Source: Sphingobacteriales bacterium (GTDB lineage: Bacteria > Bacteroidota > Bacteroidia > UKL13-3). From it: a DNA stretch of 64,000 bases. Location: positions 249,110 through 313,109 of the forward strand of contig JAJTFA010000002.1 in assembly GCA_021299635.1 (NCBI GenBank), written 5' to 3'. The translations under genes were made by a program, and so were the position numbers. The notes beneath the pieces are model-generated. The model was not told the DNA's origin and did not search any database. It saw only the letters and a list, made by a program, of their open reading frames with translations. Within the stretch, counting starts at the first letter, position 1; every line of letters starts with the position of its first letter. Positions 9,846-17,747 of the stretch are shown in pieces.

Positions 9846-10607
9846 ATGAAATTATTTATTGAGTTGGCCCAAAAAAAGTATGCGATAGAGGTCTCACAGC
9901 CTCTGGATATATCTATCCCTATGCATTCCGGCACATCTAATCCTAATGCGTTTGGTATACAACCGCCATTATTCGAGCCATATAAGGCAGGAGGTTTTAT
10001 TGGCTCTGTTGCTATGGGCGGCTCGGTTAATTGCGAAAATTTATTTCTAAATGCACATGGCAATGGTACACATACCGAGTGTATAGGTCATATATCAAAA
10101 GAGCGAATTTCTATAAACAGTTGCCTCAAGCAATTTATATTCAGCTGTGAGGTGATTTCTGCAGCGCCCGAGCAAATATCCAATGGTGATTTTGTCATAA
10201 CACTAAAAAAAGTGCAGGAGAAGCTGGTGCATCATTTACCTGAGGCAATTGCTATCAGAAGTTTGCCTAATAACGAAAGTAAAAAACAGGCCATCTATTC
10301 AGGCTATAATCCGCCCTACTTAGAAGCAGAATTATGCTCGTGGCTCAGAGCAAATGGCGTAAAACATCTGTTAATCGATATGCCATCCGTAGACAAGGAA
10401 GAAGATGGAGGGGCCCTTGCATCGCATCATGCTTTTTGGGATTATCCGTTAGCTAAACGTTATGATGCTACCATTACCGAAATGATTTTTTTGCCCGATT
10501 CCATTTCTGATGGCTTATATCTGCTCAATCTTCAAATAGCCTCTCTTGAAACAGATGCCAGCCCTTCTAAACCTGTATTATATAAACTGCAACCATTAGA
10601 AGCATGA
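9846..10607 (+). CDS. cyclase-family protein (kynurenine formamidase-like)
   Basis: Motif NAHGNGTHTECIGH corresponds to the HxGTHxDxPxH cyclase-family signature. 253 aa. Confidence 0.6.
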   Translation: MKLFIELAQKKYAIEVSQPLDISIPMHSGTSNPNAFGIQPPLFEPYKAGGFIGSVAMGGSVNCENLFLNAHGNGTHTECIGHISKERISINSCLKQFIFSCEVISAAPEQISNGDFVITLKKVQEKLVHHLPEAIAIRSLPNNESKKQAIYSGYNPPYLEAELCSWLRANGVKHLLIDMPSVDKEEDGGALASHHAFWDYPLAKRYDATITEMIFLPDSISDGLYLLNLQIASLETDASPSKPVLYKLQPLEA

Positions 10608-11668
10608 TAAAAGAAGATTCGGAAGAATTTGATATTGGTGAGGAAGGTACCGAGCAGGAGTTATATGAGCACCACCGCATTGTAGTAGATAAGGGGCAAT
10701 CGCTGTTGCGCATTGATAAGTATCTAATGCACCGGCTACAAAATGCAAGCCGCACCAAAATACAGGCCGCTGCTGATGCTGGTTGTATTATTGTAAATGA
10801 GAAGGCGGTTAAATCAAGTTATAAGGTAAAACCTGCTGATGTTATTTCCATTGTTTTACCCCACCCTCCAAAGGATACGGAAATCATTCCAGAAAATATT
10901 CCTCTTCAGATTTTATATGAAGATGATGATTTGCTTATCGTAAATAAAATTGCGGGAATGGTTGTGCATCCGGGTTATAATAACGTAAGCGGTACTTTGG
11001 TAAATGCACTTTCTTGGCATTTTAAAGATTTGCCATTTGCCAAAGAAAATAATATCAGACCCGGCCTGGTGCACCGCATTGATAAAAACACTTCAGGTTT
11101 GCTGGTGGTTGCAAAGAATGAATTTGCCATGACTCATCTGGCAAAGCAGTTTTATTATCATACCATCAAGCGCTCATATATGGCATTGGCCTGGGGAGAT
11201 TTTGAAAACGATGAAGGAACGGTAACGGGTTATATTGGCAGAAGTACCAAGGATCGTAGGGTATTTACTTTATATGATACAGAAGAAAAAGGCAAATGGA
11301 GTATAACACATTTTAAAGTACTTGAGCGACTTAGTAATGTTACCCTCATTGAGTGTCGACTGGAAACGGGCCGAACACATCAAATCCGGGTGCACATGAA
11401 ATCCATTGGTCATCCATTATTTGCTGATGAAACATACGGAGGCGATTATGCAGTTAAAGGTACTACGTTTACCAAATACAAGCAGTTTGTAGAAAATTGT
11501 TTTACGCTTTGTCCGCGTCAGGCTTTGCATGCGCGCTCACTGGGATTTATTCATCCCAAAACAGGAAAGGAAGTTTATTTTGAAGCTCCCTTGCCGGATG
11601 ATATGGCAAATGTGATAGAAAAATGGAAAGCGTATCATCTGTCAGTTTTAAGTAAACAAATAGACTAG
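10604..11668 (+). CDS. rluD: RluA-family 23S rRNA pseudouridine synthase (RluD-like) with S4 domain
   Basis: S4-like N-terminus, catalytic motif HRIDKNTSGLLVVAKN, ...HQIRVHM... Confidence 0.85.
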   Translation: MIKEDSEEFDIGEEGTEQELYEHHRIVVDKGQSLLRIDKYLMHRLQNASRTKIQAAADAGCIIVNEKAVKSSYKVKPADVISIVLPHPPKDTEIIPENIPLQILYEDDDLLIVNKIAGMVVHPGYNNVSGTLVNALSWHFKDLPFAKENNIRPGLVHRIDKNTSGLLVVAKNEFAMTHLAKQFYYHTIKRSYMALAWGDFENDEGTVTGYIGRSTKDRRVFTLYDTEEKGKWSITHFKVLERLSNVTLIECRLETGRTHQIRVHMKSIGHPLFADETYGGDYAVKGTTFTKYKQFVENCFTLCPRQALHARSLGFIHPKTGKEVYFEAPLPDDMANVIEKWKAYHLSVLSKQID

Positions 11669-11754
11669 CAGAATAATTCAGTTGTCTCTTATAGAATATT
11701 TTTTACATTTGATTAACCCATAATTGTTACTTCTATAAATCAATCCTAAACGTT

Positions 11755-12567
11755 ATGAAAAAATTCTTGCTTTCATTTTTTATTGTTTCCGTTGGCAGTA
11801 TTTGCCTGTCAGTATTTACCGGAGATGCCTACCTGCATTCCAATACCGGTGGATCACCGTCAGCAAGCGGTTGCAGTTGTCATAGTGCAACCAATCATAA
11901 TGATGCGGCTACTTTTATAAGGATAGAGGATAGCCAGGGGAATGCAGTAACAAGCTATACGCCCGGTACTACTTACAAAATTATTTTCGGCACTGCTAAA
12001 GCAGGTAAGGTAAAGTTTGGATTTGCTTTTACTGCCGATCAGGGAACCTTAGCTGTAATACCAGGTAGTACCAAAATAAAAAAATCATCCACGTACCTAA
12101 CTCACACTTCTTCCGGAACGGCCGCACCAGTGCCTGACAGCGCAAAATGGGAAGCCAACTGGACTGCCCCTGCCTCTGCAACAGCAGTTACTTTTAATCT
12201 AGATGTTAATGCTACCAATAATAACAATGATGCTGATCCGGGGGATTTAATTTATAACAAATCAGTTACACTTACAAAATCATCAAACACAGGTATTGCT
12301 GAATCGGGAATATCTATGCTAAGTATTTTCCCTTCACCAGCACGCTCATTTGTTTACGTTAATTATGAATTAAAACAAAGCAATAATGTGATGATTAGCC
12401 TAAAGGATTTGCAAGGTAAAACAGTTAGCATCCTGTTTGATGAAAATGAATCAGCAGGTAAGCAAGTGCATAAATTCACTTTTGAAAACAATACTTCCAG
12501 CGGTTTTTATTTTGTTGAAATAAAGGCAGGTTCATTGGTTAAAACCCAGAAGATACTCATTCAGTAA
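11755..12567 (+). CDS. secreted hypothetical protein with T9SS C-terminal sorting domain
   Basis: Signal peptide. C-terminal ~80 aa (ISMLSIFPSPARSFVYVNYELKQ...FYFVEIKAGSLVKTQKILIQ) is a typical type-A Por_Secre_tail. N-terminal region contains GCSCH. Confidence 0.6.
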   Translation: MKKFLLSFFIVSVGSICLSVFTGDAYLHSNTGGSPSASGCSCHSATNHNDAATFIRIEDSQGNAVTSYTPGTTYKIIFGTAKAGKVKFGFAFTADQGTLAVIPGSTKIKKSSTYLTHTSSGTAAPVPDSAKWEANWTAPASATAVTFNLDVNATNNNNDADPGDLIYNKSVTLTKSSNTGIAESGISMLSIFPSPARSFVYVNYELKQSNNVMISLKDLQGKTVSILFDENESAGKQVHKFTFENNTSSGFYFVEIKAGSLVKTQKILIQ

Positions 12568-12590
12568 CCTATTATTCTATTCATACCGAA

Positions 12591-12627
12591 CCCTGTTGCA
12601 AACTGATGTTGCAACAGGGTTTTTTTA
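12591..12627 (+). terminator. rho-independent terminator after the T9SS cargo gene
   Basis: ccctgttgcaa-actgatg-ttgcaacaggg followed by a T7 run. It overlaps the tracked upstream extension of the following ORF, which supports the downstream ATG 12642 as the real start. Confidence 0.7.
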
Positions 12628-12641
12628 TTTATTCTTGTATC

Positions 12642-13436
12642 ATGGATTTAGAGAAAATAGTATTGGAAGCAGGCGATTTATGCAAACAGGTTGGAGCATT
12701 TATTCTGAGTGAGTCAAAGACATTCGACCGAAATCGCATAGAGGAAAAAAGTTTAAATCAATTGGTTTCTTATGTAGATAAATCGGCAGAAGAAATGTTG
12801 GTTAAAGGGATGAATGCATTATTGCCGGGCGCAGGTTTTATTACAGAAGAAGCAACCATTGCTACGCAGGAAAAGGAATGGATGTGGATTATAGATCCGT
12901 TGGATGGCACAACTAACTTCATGCATGGTTTGCCTGTATACAGCATCAGCATTGGGCTTATGCAAGGTAAGCAAATGATGGCAGGCCTTGTGTATGAAAT
13001 AAATCGCAGTGAATTGTTTTATGCCTGGCATAACAGTCCTGCATATCTCAATGGTGAAGTAATTAGGGTAAGTGTAAATAATAAACTTTCAGATGCATTG
13101 CTGGCAACAGGTTTTCCTTATTATGATTTTAATTTGATGCAGCAATATTTAGGGGCATTACAAGAATTTTTAAAGGGCTCACGCGGCATGCGCAGAATGG
13201 GGAGTGCAGCAGTTGATCTGGCTTATGTAGCATGCGGACGTTTTGATGGTTTTTTTGAATATGGTTTAAGTCCATGGGATGTGGCAGGTGGGGCATTTAT
13301 AGTGCAAAGGGCAGGCGGTGTGGTAAGTGATTTTGGCAAAGCAGATAATTTCCTGTTCGGAAAAGAAATCATTGCTTGCGCTCCGGGCGTTTATGAGGCA
13401 CTTACAAATATCATCAGTAAAAAGTTTGGCAGATAG
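12642..13436 (+). CDS. suhB: inositol monophosphatase family protein
   Basis: MDLEKIVLEAG...WIIDPLDGTTNF...; IMPase motifs. Start moved downstream of the terminator hairpin. Confidence 0.85.
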   Translation: MDLEKIVLEAGDLCKQVGAFILSESKTFDRNRIEEKSLNQLVSYVDKSAEEMLVKGMNALLPGAGFITEEATIATQEKEWMWIIDPLDGTTNFMHGLPVYSISIGLMQGKQMMAGLVYEINRSELFYAWHNSPAYLNGEVIRVSVNNKLSDALLATGFPYYDFNLMQQYLGALQEFLKGSRGMRRMGSAAVDLAYVACGRFDGFFEYGLSPWDVAGGAFIVQRAGGVVSDFGKADNFLFGKEIIACAPGVYEALTNIISKKFGR

Positions 13437-13816
13437 CCGCTTTTAATTTCATAATTTAAATGAGTAGCTGTATTTCTATTTTAATTACCGATAAAACCTT
13501 ACCAATGGCGGTATTGTTTGTTATTACAATCATACGGCTCGAATAAATCGTTTCCGCATATTTTTGATTCCTTATTGTGTAATATAATACACAAAATGAC
13601 GAAACTTATTTTTTTCTACAGCTGCACAAAGTTCACCAAATATGGATAAAGATTGAACTTTGTGTTTCAGATGGGAAAAGTTAGCCCCTAATTTATTTTC
13701 TTCATCAAACTTTTTAAATATTAGTTCTGTTAAACCATGTACTTGAAGACTGATATCAAGTAAAAAAACGTGGAGATCCGAAAATCCTTAAGAGTAGGCC
13801 AACTAAAAAAATAAAT

Positions 13817-14533
13817 ATGGAACATTTAAAAATTGCCAGCGACAATTATGTTGCTTTCACGTTCTTCATCGGAACAATGGCCATGATGGCTGCCTCGGTT
13901 TTCTTTTTCTTCGAATTAAACAACACTTCGAGCAAATGGAGAACTTCAGTATTGGTTTCAGGTCTTATCACTTTCATTGCAGCAGTTCACTACTACTACA
14001 TGAGAGGTTACAATCTTGAAACCGGTGATTCACCAACTTTCTTCAGGTATGTAGATTGGATTCTTACTGTACCTTTAATGTGTGTTGAATTTTATTTAAT
14101 TACCAAAAAGGCCGGTGCTAAAGTTGCCCTTCTTTGGAAACTCATTTTTGCCTCTCTGGTGATGCTGGTTACAGGTTACTTCGGTGAAACCATCGATCGT
14201 GATAACAGCGTAATGTGGGGCGTTATTTCAGGTCTTGCTTATTTCTACATTGCATACTTGGTATGGTTTGGCGAAGTTGCTCACCTTTCACAAAATGCTG
14301 GCCCTCAAGTTGCAAAGGCAACACGCGTTCTTGCTTGGTTCGTATTAGTGGGTTGGGCCATCTATCCATTAGGATATATTCTTGGAACTCCTGGAGGCTT
14401 GTTTGGTGTTCAGTTGGTTGCTGATCCTGCTGCCGCTTCACACTCTATGGACATAGTATACAATATTGCTGATGCGATTAATAAAATCGGTTTTGGTTTA
14501 GTTATCTATACTTTAAGTAGAAACGAAGACTAA
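13817..14533 (+). CDS. proteorhodopsin-type light-driven proton pump (microbial type-1 rhodopsin)
   Basis: 238 aa, 7 TM. Helix C RYVDWILTVPLMCVEFYL gives the D80/T84/E91 DTE motif, with Met88 at the PR-105 tuning site. His58 is present. Helix G YNIADAINKIGFGL carries D219 and the Schiff-base K223. Strong eye-alignment to green PR (ETGDSPTFFRY.DW.LTVPL..EFYLI). Confidence 0.9.
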   Translation: MEHLKIASDNYVAFTFFIGTMAMMAASVFFFFELNNTSSKWRTSVLVSGLITFIAAVHYYYMRGYNLETGDSPTFFRYVDWILTVPLMCVEFYLITKKAGAKVALLWKLIFASLVMLVTGYFGETIDRDNSVMWGVISGLAYFYIAYLVWFGEVAHLSQNAGPQVAKATRVLAWFVLVGWAIYPLGYILGTPGGLFGVQLVADPAAASHSMDIVYNIADAINKIGFGLVIYTLSRNED

Positions 14534-14560
14534 GATTTTAATATCTGAATCTATAACGAA

Positions 14561-14600
14561 AAGGGAGGATGTGCTTTTAAAGAACTACCTCCCTTTTTCA
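14561..14600 (+). terminator. putative terminator or attenuating hairpin between the rhodopsin and crtY-blh genes
   Basis: aagggagg-(19 nt loop)-cctccctt followed by ttttt. The loop is longer than ideal. Confidence 0.45.
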
Positions 14601-14674
14601 TTTTAACTCAATAATCGAAAAAAGTATAAAACCATCTCAGATGGTTACCGCCATAATTTCATCCAATAAAATTA

Positions 14675-16696
14675 GTGCAAGCTACACAAACCATATCAGA
14701 AAATAATGTATCTGCGTGCGAGTATGATTATGTTTTTTGCGGTACAGGTGCTTCCGCATCGCTTTTATTATTGGAACTTCATCAAAATAATTTATTACAA
14801 TACGCAAATGTTTTACTCATTGATCCGGATAAGAAGGATAAGCGCGATAAAACATTCTGTTTTTGGGCAGATGCGGATGATCCGATTTCGGTTGACTTAA
14901 AATCACTCATCTCACATGCATGGGATCATGTTGCTCTGGCTGGTGAAGAAATTGAACCCATCTGGCCAATGCGTTACAACCATATTTCAAGCATTGATTT
15001 ATACAATCAGGTTCACAGATTAACCCAACAATATCAATGGCACAAGATTAATACGTGCGCTGACGAAGTTGGCTCTGATGAACAAGGGCCTTTTGTGTGT
15101 TGCAATGGAGAAAAGATTAGGGCTAAATATATTTTCGATTCGAGGCCCCCTGTTTATCATCCTCCTCAAGAAGGTGAAACACATATATCACAAAGTTTCG
15201 TGGGATGGATGATTGAAACGGAACAAGAAATTAAAAAACCAAATGCATTTCGGTTTATGGATTTTCAGATTGAGCAGCAAGGTTCAACGCAGTTTGTCTA
15301 TGTACTTCCGTTCTCTGCGCGTAAGGCCTTGGTTGAAGTTACCCGTTTTGGTGCAGAAACCATAAACCATACACAGGCCGAAAATTTACTTGCCGATTAT
15401 ATTCAGCGGAATTTCGGTGCGTATACTGTTGCAGATGTTGAAACAGGCTGCATCCCTATGAGCAATACCGTAATAGAAAGCAATGCTGTATCAGGTATTG
15501 TTTTATTGGGTGCCCGTAATTATCATATAAAACCAAGTACAGGCTATGCATTTAAAAACATGTATTACCATGCACGTAACATTGCCTCTGCAATTAAACA
15601 TAATAAGCCCGTTGAGTTATTAAACAAAACACATGTTAATGCCCACCACCACGGACGCCACTCATTTTATGATGGCTTGCTGCTTGATATATTAAAGAAC
15701 AAGCCACAGGAAGGAAAGCGCATTTTTGAGGCTTTGCTTGCAAAGGTGGATACAAAAAAGATATTAAATTTTTTAGACGAAAAAACCGGCATCGCAACCG
15801 ATATTTCAATCTTTAGTCAGTTGCCTTGGCAGCCTTTTATCAGCACCCTATTGAGCAGAAGTTTTGTGTACCCTTGGTTTAGGCCATTGCTATTAACACT
15901 TATGACCTGTTTGCTTGTTCTGGCTGGAAATTATTCAGCCATTCAAAACTATCTGGCCTATGGGCTATTTTTTGCAGGTCTGGTTGCGGTTGGCATTCCG
16001 CATGGAGCAGTAGATCATTTGTTGGAAACCGGAAAATGGAATAGGAAAGGTGCACCTGTATTTATCATCAGATACCTGATGTTAGCTGCAGGTATGGGTT
16101 TATTATGGTATGCATTACCAGGAGTGGCGCTTGCTGTTTTTCTGGCCTATTCTTCCTGGCATTTCGGTCAGGCTGATGGTAAAAAATGGAATTTCACCGA
16201 ATCAGTATCCTTCTTATGGGGTCTATCAGTCTTATTTTATATATTAGGTACACACCTTCAGGAAACCAATGTTATTCTCATGTCAATGGGTAAAGTTAGT
16301 TTGCCCTTTGCATGTTCTGTTTGGGCATTGCTGCCCTGGTTTTTATGGGCTTTGTATCACAAGCAAACCTCATTTTTTCTCACCTTGTGTTGGCTCATGC
16401 TTTCTTCCCAACTCCCTTTGCTTATAGCTTTTGGAATATATTTTATTGGTCAGCATAGCCTAAACGGATGGCAGGATATCCGCAGACACCTGCAGCTAAG
16501 CCATAGCAGAATATGGCTTCACTCAGTACCTTTTCATGCCGGAGCCTGGTTGCTGCTTGCAGGCTTTTTATTTCTTTGGCCCTTGGCCTTTCCTCATAAC
16601 GATATTAACCAATGGGCTGTATTCTTTGTCTTTATTGCCTGCATAAGCTTTCCTCATACCATTTATATGAATGTGGTATATAGGAAGAAGGGGTAA
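14675..16696 (+). CDS. bifunctional fusion: lycopene beta-cyclase (CrtY-type, FAD) N-terminal domain plus Brp/Blh beta-carotene 15,15'-dioxygenase C-terminal domain
   Basis: Single uninterrupted 673-aa ORF with GTG start. The N-terminal ~380 aa has a Rossmann motif (YDYVFCGTGASASLLLLEL) and a lycopene-cyclase-like body. The C-terminal ~290 aa is polytopic membrane with Blh His motifs IPHGAVDH, SWHFGQADG and GQHSLNGWQD. Confidence 0.8.
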   Translation: MQATQTISENNVSACEYDYVFCGTGASASLLLLELHQNNLLQYANVLLIDPDKKDKRDKTFCFWADADDPISVDLKSLISHAWDHVALAGEEIEPIWPMRYNHISSIDLYNQVHRLTQQYQWHKINTCADEVGSDEQGPFVCCNGEKIRAKYIFDSRPPVYHPPQEGETHISQSFVGWMIETEQEIKKPNAFRFMDFQIEQQGSTQFVYVLPFSARKALVEVTRFGAETINHTQAENLLADYIQRNFGAYTVADVETGCIPMSNTVIESNAVSGIVLLGARNYHIKPSTGYAFKNMYYHARNIASAIKHNKPVELLNKTHVNAHHHGRHSFYDGLLLDILKNKPQEGKRIFEALLAKVDTKKILNFLDEKTGIATDISIFSQLPWQPFISTLLSRSFVYPWFRPLLLTLMTCLLVLAGNYSAIQNYLAYGLFFAGLVAVGIPHGAVDHLLETGKWNRKGAPVFIIRYLMLAAGMGLLWYALPGVALAVFLAYSSWHFGQADGKKWNFTESVSFLWGLSVLFYILGTHLQETNVILMSMGKVSLPFACSVWALLPWFLWALYHKQTSFFLTLCWLMLSSQLPLLIAFGIYFIGQHSLNGWQDIRRHLQLSHSRIWLHSVPFHAGAWLLLAGFLFLWPLAFPHNDINQWAVFFVFIACISFPHTIYMNVVYRKKG

Positions 16697-16800
16697 AATA
16701 TATTATTGTAATTACATAGATTGAAGATTTCCTTCGAAAAGCATTGACAATTCTAACACTTGCAATAATGAGCAGATATGCATTAAATTTGCACCCACTT

Positions 16801-17136
16801 ATGAATAGCATGATTACTGTAACCGAAAAAGCAAAATCTCGTATTGTTGAACTCAAAAAGGAGTCGAACCTTACAGAGGCGCATTTTTTACGTGTAGGCG
16901 TAGAAAGCGGAGGTTGCTCAGGATTAAGCTATAAGCTTGATTTTGACAATGCTGTAACAGACGGAGATGAAGTGATTGATTATAATGGGGTTAGGTTAGT
17001 AACCGATAAACGCAGCGTATTGTATTTGTTTGGAACCGAACTTGATTTTACTGATGGATTGAATGGCAAAGGCTTCACCTTCAATAATCCCAATGCCAGC
17101 CGCACATGCAGTTGCGGAGAGAGTTTCTCGGTATAA
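16801..17136 (+). CDS. iron-sulfur cluster insertion/assembly protein (HesB/IscA/ErpA family)
   Basis: MNSMITVTEKAKSRIVEL...GGCSGLSY...CSCGESFSV; conserved Cys triad. Start moved to the ATG at 16801. Confidence 0.8.
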   Translation: MNSMITVTEKAKSRIVELKKESNLTEAHFLRVGVESGGCSGLSYKLDFDNAVTDGDEVIDYNGVRLVTDKRSVLYLFGTELDFTDGLNGKGFTFNNPNASRTCSCGESFSV

Positions 17137-17178
17137 ACAAAAAAATGGACTTTGCCTTTGATTTTCTATTGTAAAGGC

Positions 17179-17186
17179 TATATTTG
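17179..17186 (+). promoter_or_regulatory. candidate Bacteroidetes sigma-A -7 box (TAnnTTTG) for rpsT
   Basis: TATATTTG lies 40 nt upstream of the rpsT ATG and matches the Bacteroidetes -7 consensus TAnnTTTG. Confidence 0.35.
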
Positions 17187-17226
17187 CACTCCTTTTTTAA
17201 ATTTAAACGCATAAAACGTATTTAGC

Positions 17227-17541
17227 ATGGCAAACCATAAATCGGCAGAAAAAAGAAACCGCAGCAATGCAACTAAACGCCTAAGAAACAGATATCAGGC
17301 AAAAACTACCCGCACGGCTATTAAATCCCTGCGCACTACGGATGACAAAAAAGAAGCAGAAGACATGCTGAAAAAAGTTTCTGCCATGTTGGATAAGTTG
17401 GCTAAGAAAAATGTAATTCACAAGAACAAAGCGGCTAACCAGAAGTCAAAATTGGCTAAAGTAGTTAATAAACTGGGTAAAGAAACTGCTGCTCCAAAAA
17501 AAGCAGGTAAAAAAACCGCTGCCAAGAAAAAGTCCAAGTAA
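17227..17541 (+). CDS. rpsT: 30S ribosomal protein bS20 with extended Lys/Ala-rich C-terminal tail
   Basis: [33 protein letters not shown]...; 104 aa, roughly 20 aa longer than typical bS20. Confidence 0.9.
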   Translation: MANHKSAEKRNRSNATKRLRNRYQAKTTRTAIKSLRTTDDKKEAEDMLKKVSAMLDKLAKKNVIHKNKAANQKSKLAKVVNKLGKETAAPKKAGKKTAAKKKSK

Positions 17542-17563
17542 TTAAGTTTTTCCATATCAATCA

Positions 17564-17597
17564 AAGCCTTTGTCTGAAACAGACAGAGGCTTTTTTA
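17564..17597 (+). terminator. rho-independent terminator after rpsT
   Basis: aagcctttgtctg-aaac-agacagaggctt plus T6 gives an 11-12 bp stem with one G-U pair. Confidence 0.75.
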
Positions 17598-17747
17598 TTG
17601 CAGTTTCAGGTGTTTTATTATTAGAGAGTGCATGGGAAATGTATATTATTTCTTTTGTATATAAGTTGTAAACTATATTACCTCTTTAGTTTCGGTTAAT
17701 TCTATGGTTCAACTTATTTTCGCGTTTGGGATTTAAAATTGTAAGAA

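Noticed and set aside
11860-11900. GCSCH in the T9SS cargo protein considered as a cytochrome c heme-binding site
   Set aside because: The cytochrome c motif is CxxCH. Here the spacing is CxCH, so it is not called a c-type cytochrome.
13817-14533. Rhodopsin considered as sodium pump (NDQ), chloride pump (NTQ) or sensory rhodopsin
   Set aside because: Helix C carries D-T-E at the diagnostic positions, the proteorhodopsin/xanthorhodopsin proton-pump motif.
14675-16696. crtY-blh considered as two adjacent genes merged by a missed stop
   Set aside because: The six-frame track and manual reading show one uninterrupted frame of 673 codons with no internal stop between the domains. It is kept as a fusion, subject to read-level verification.
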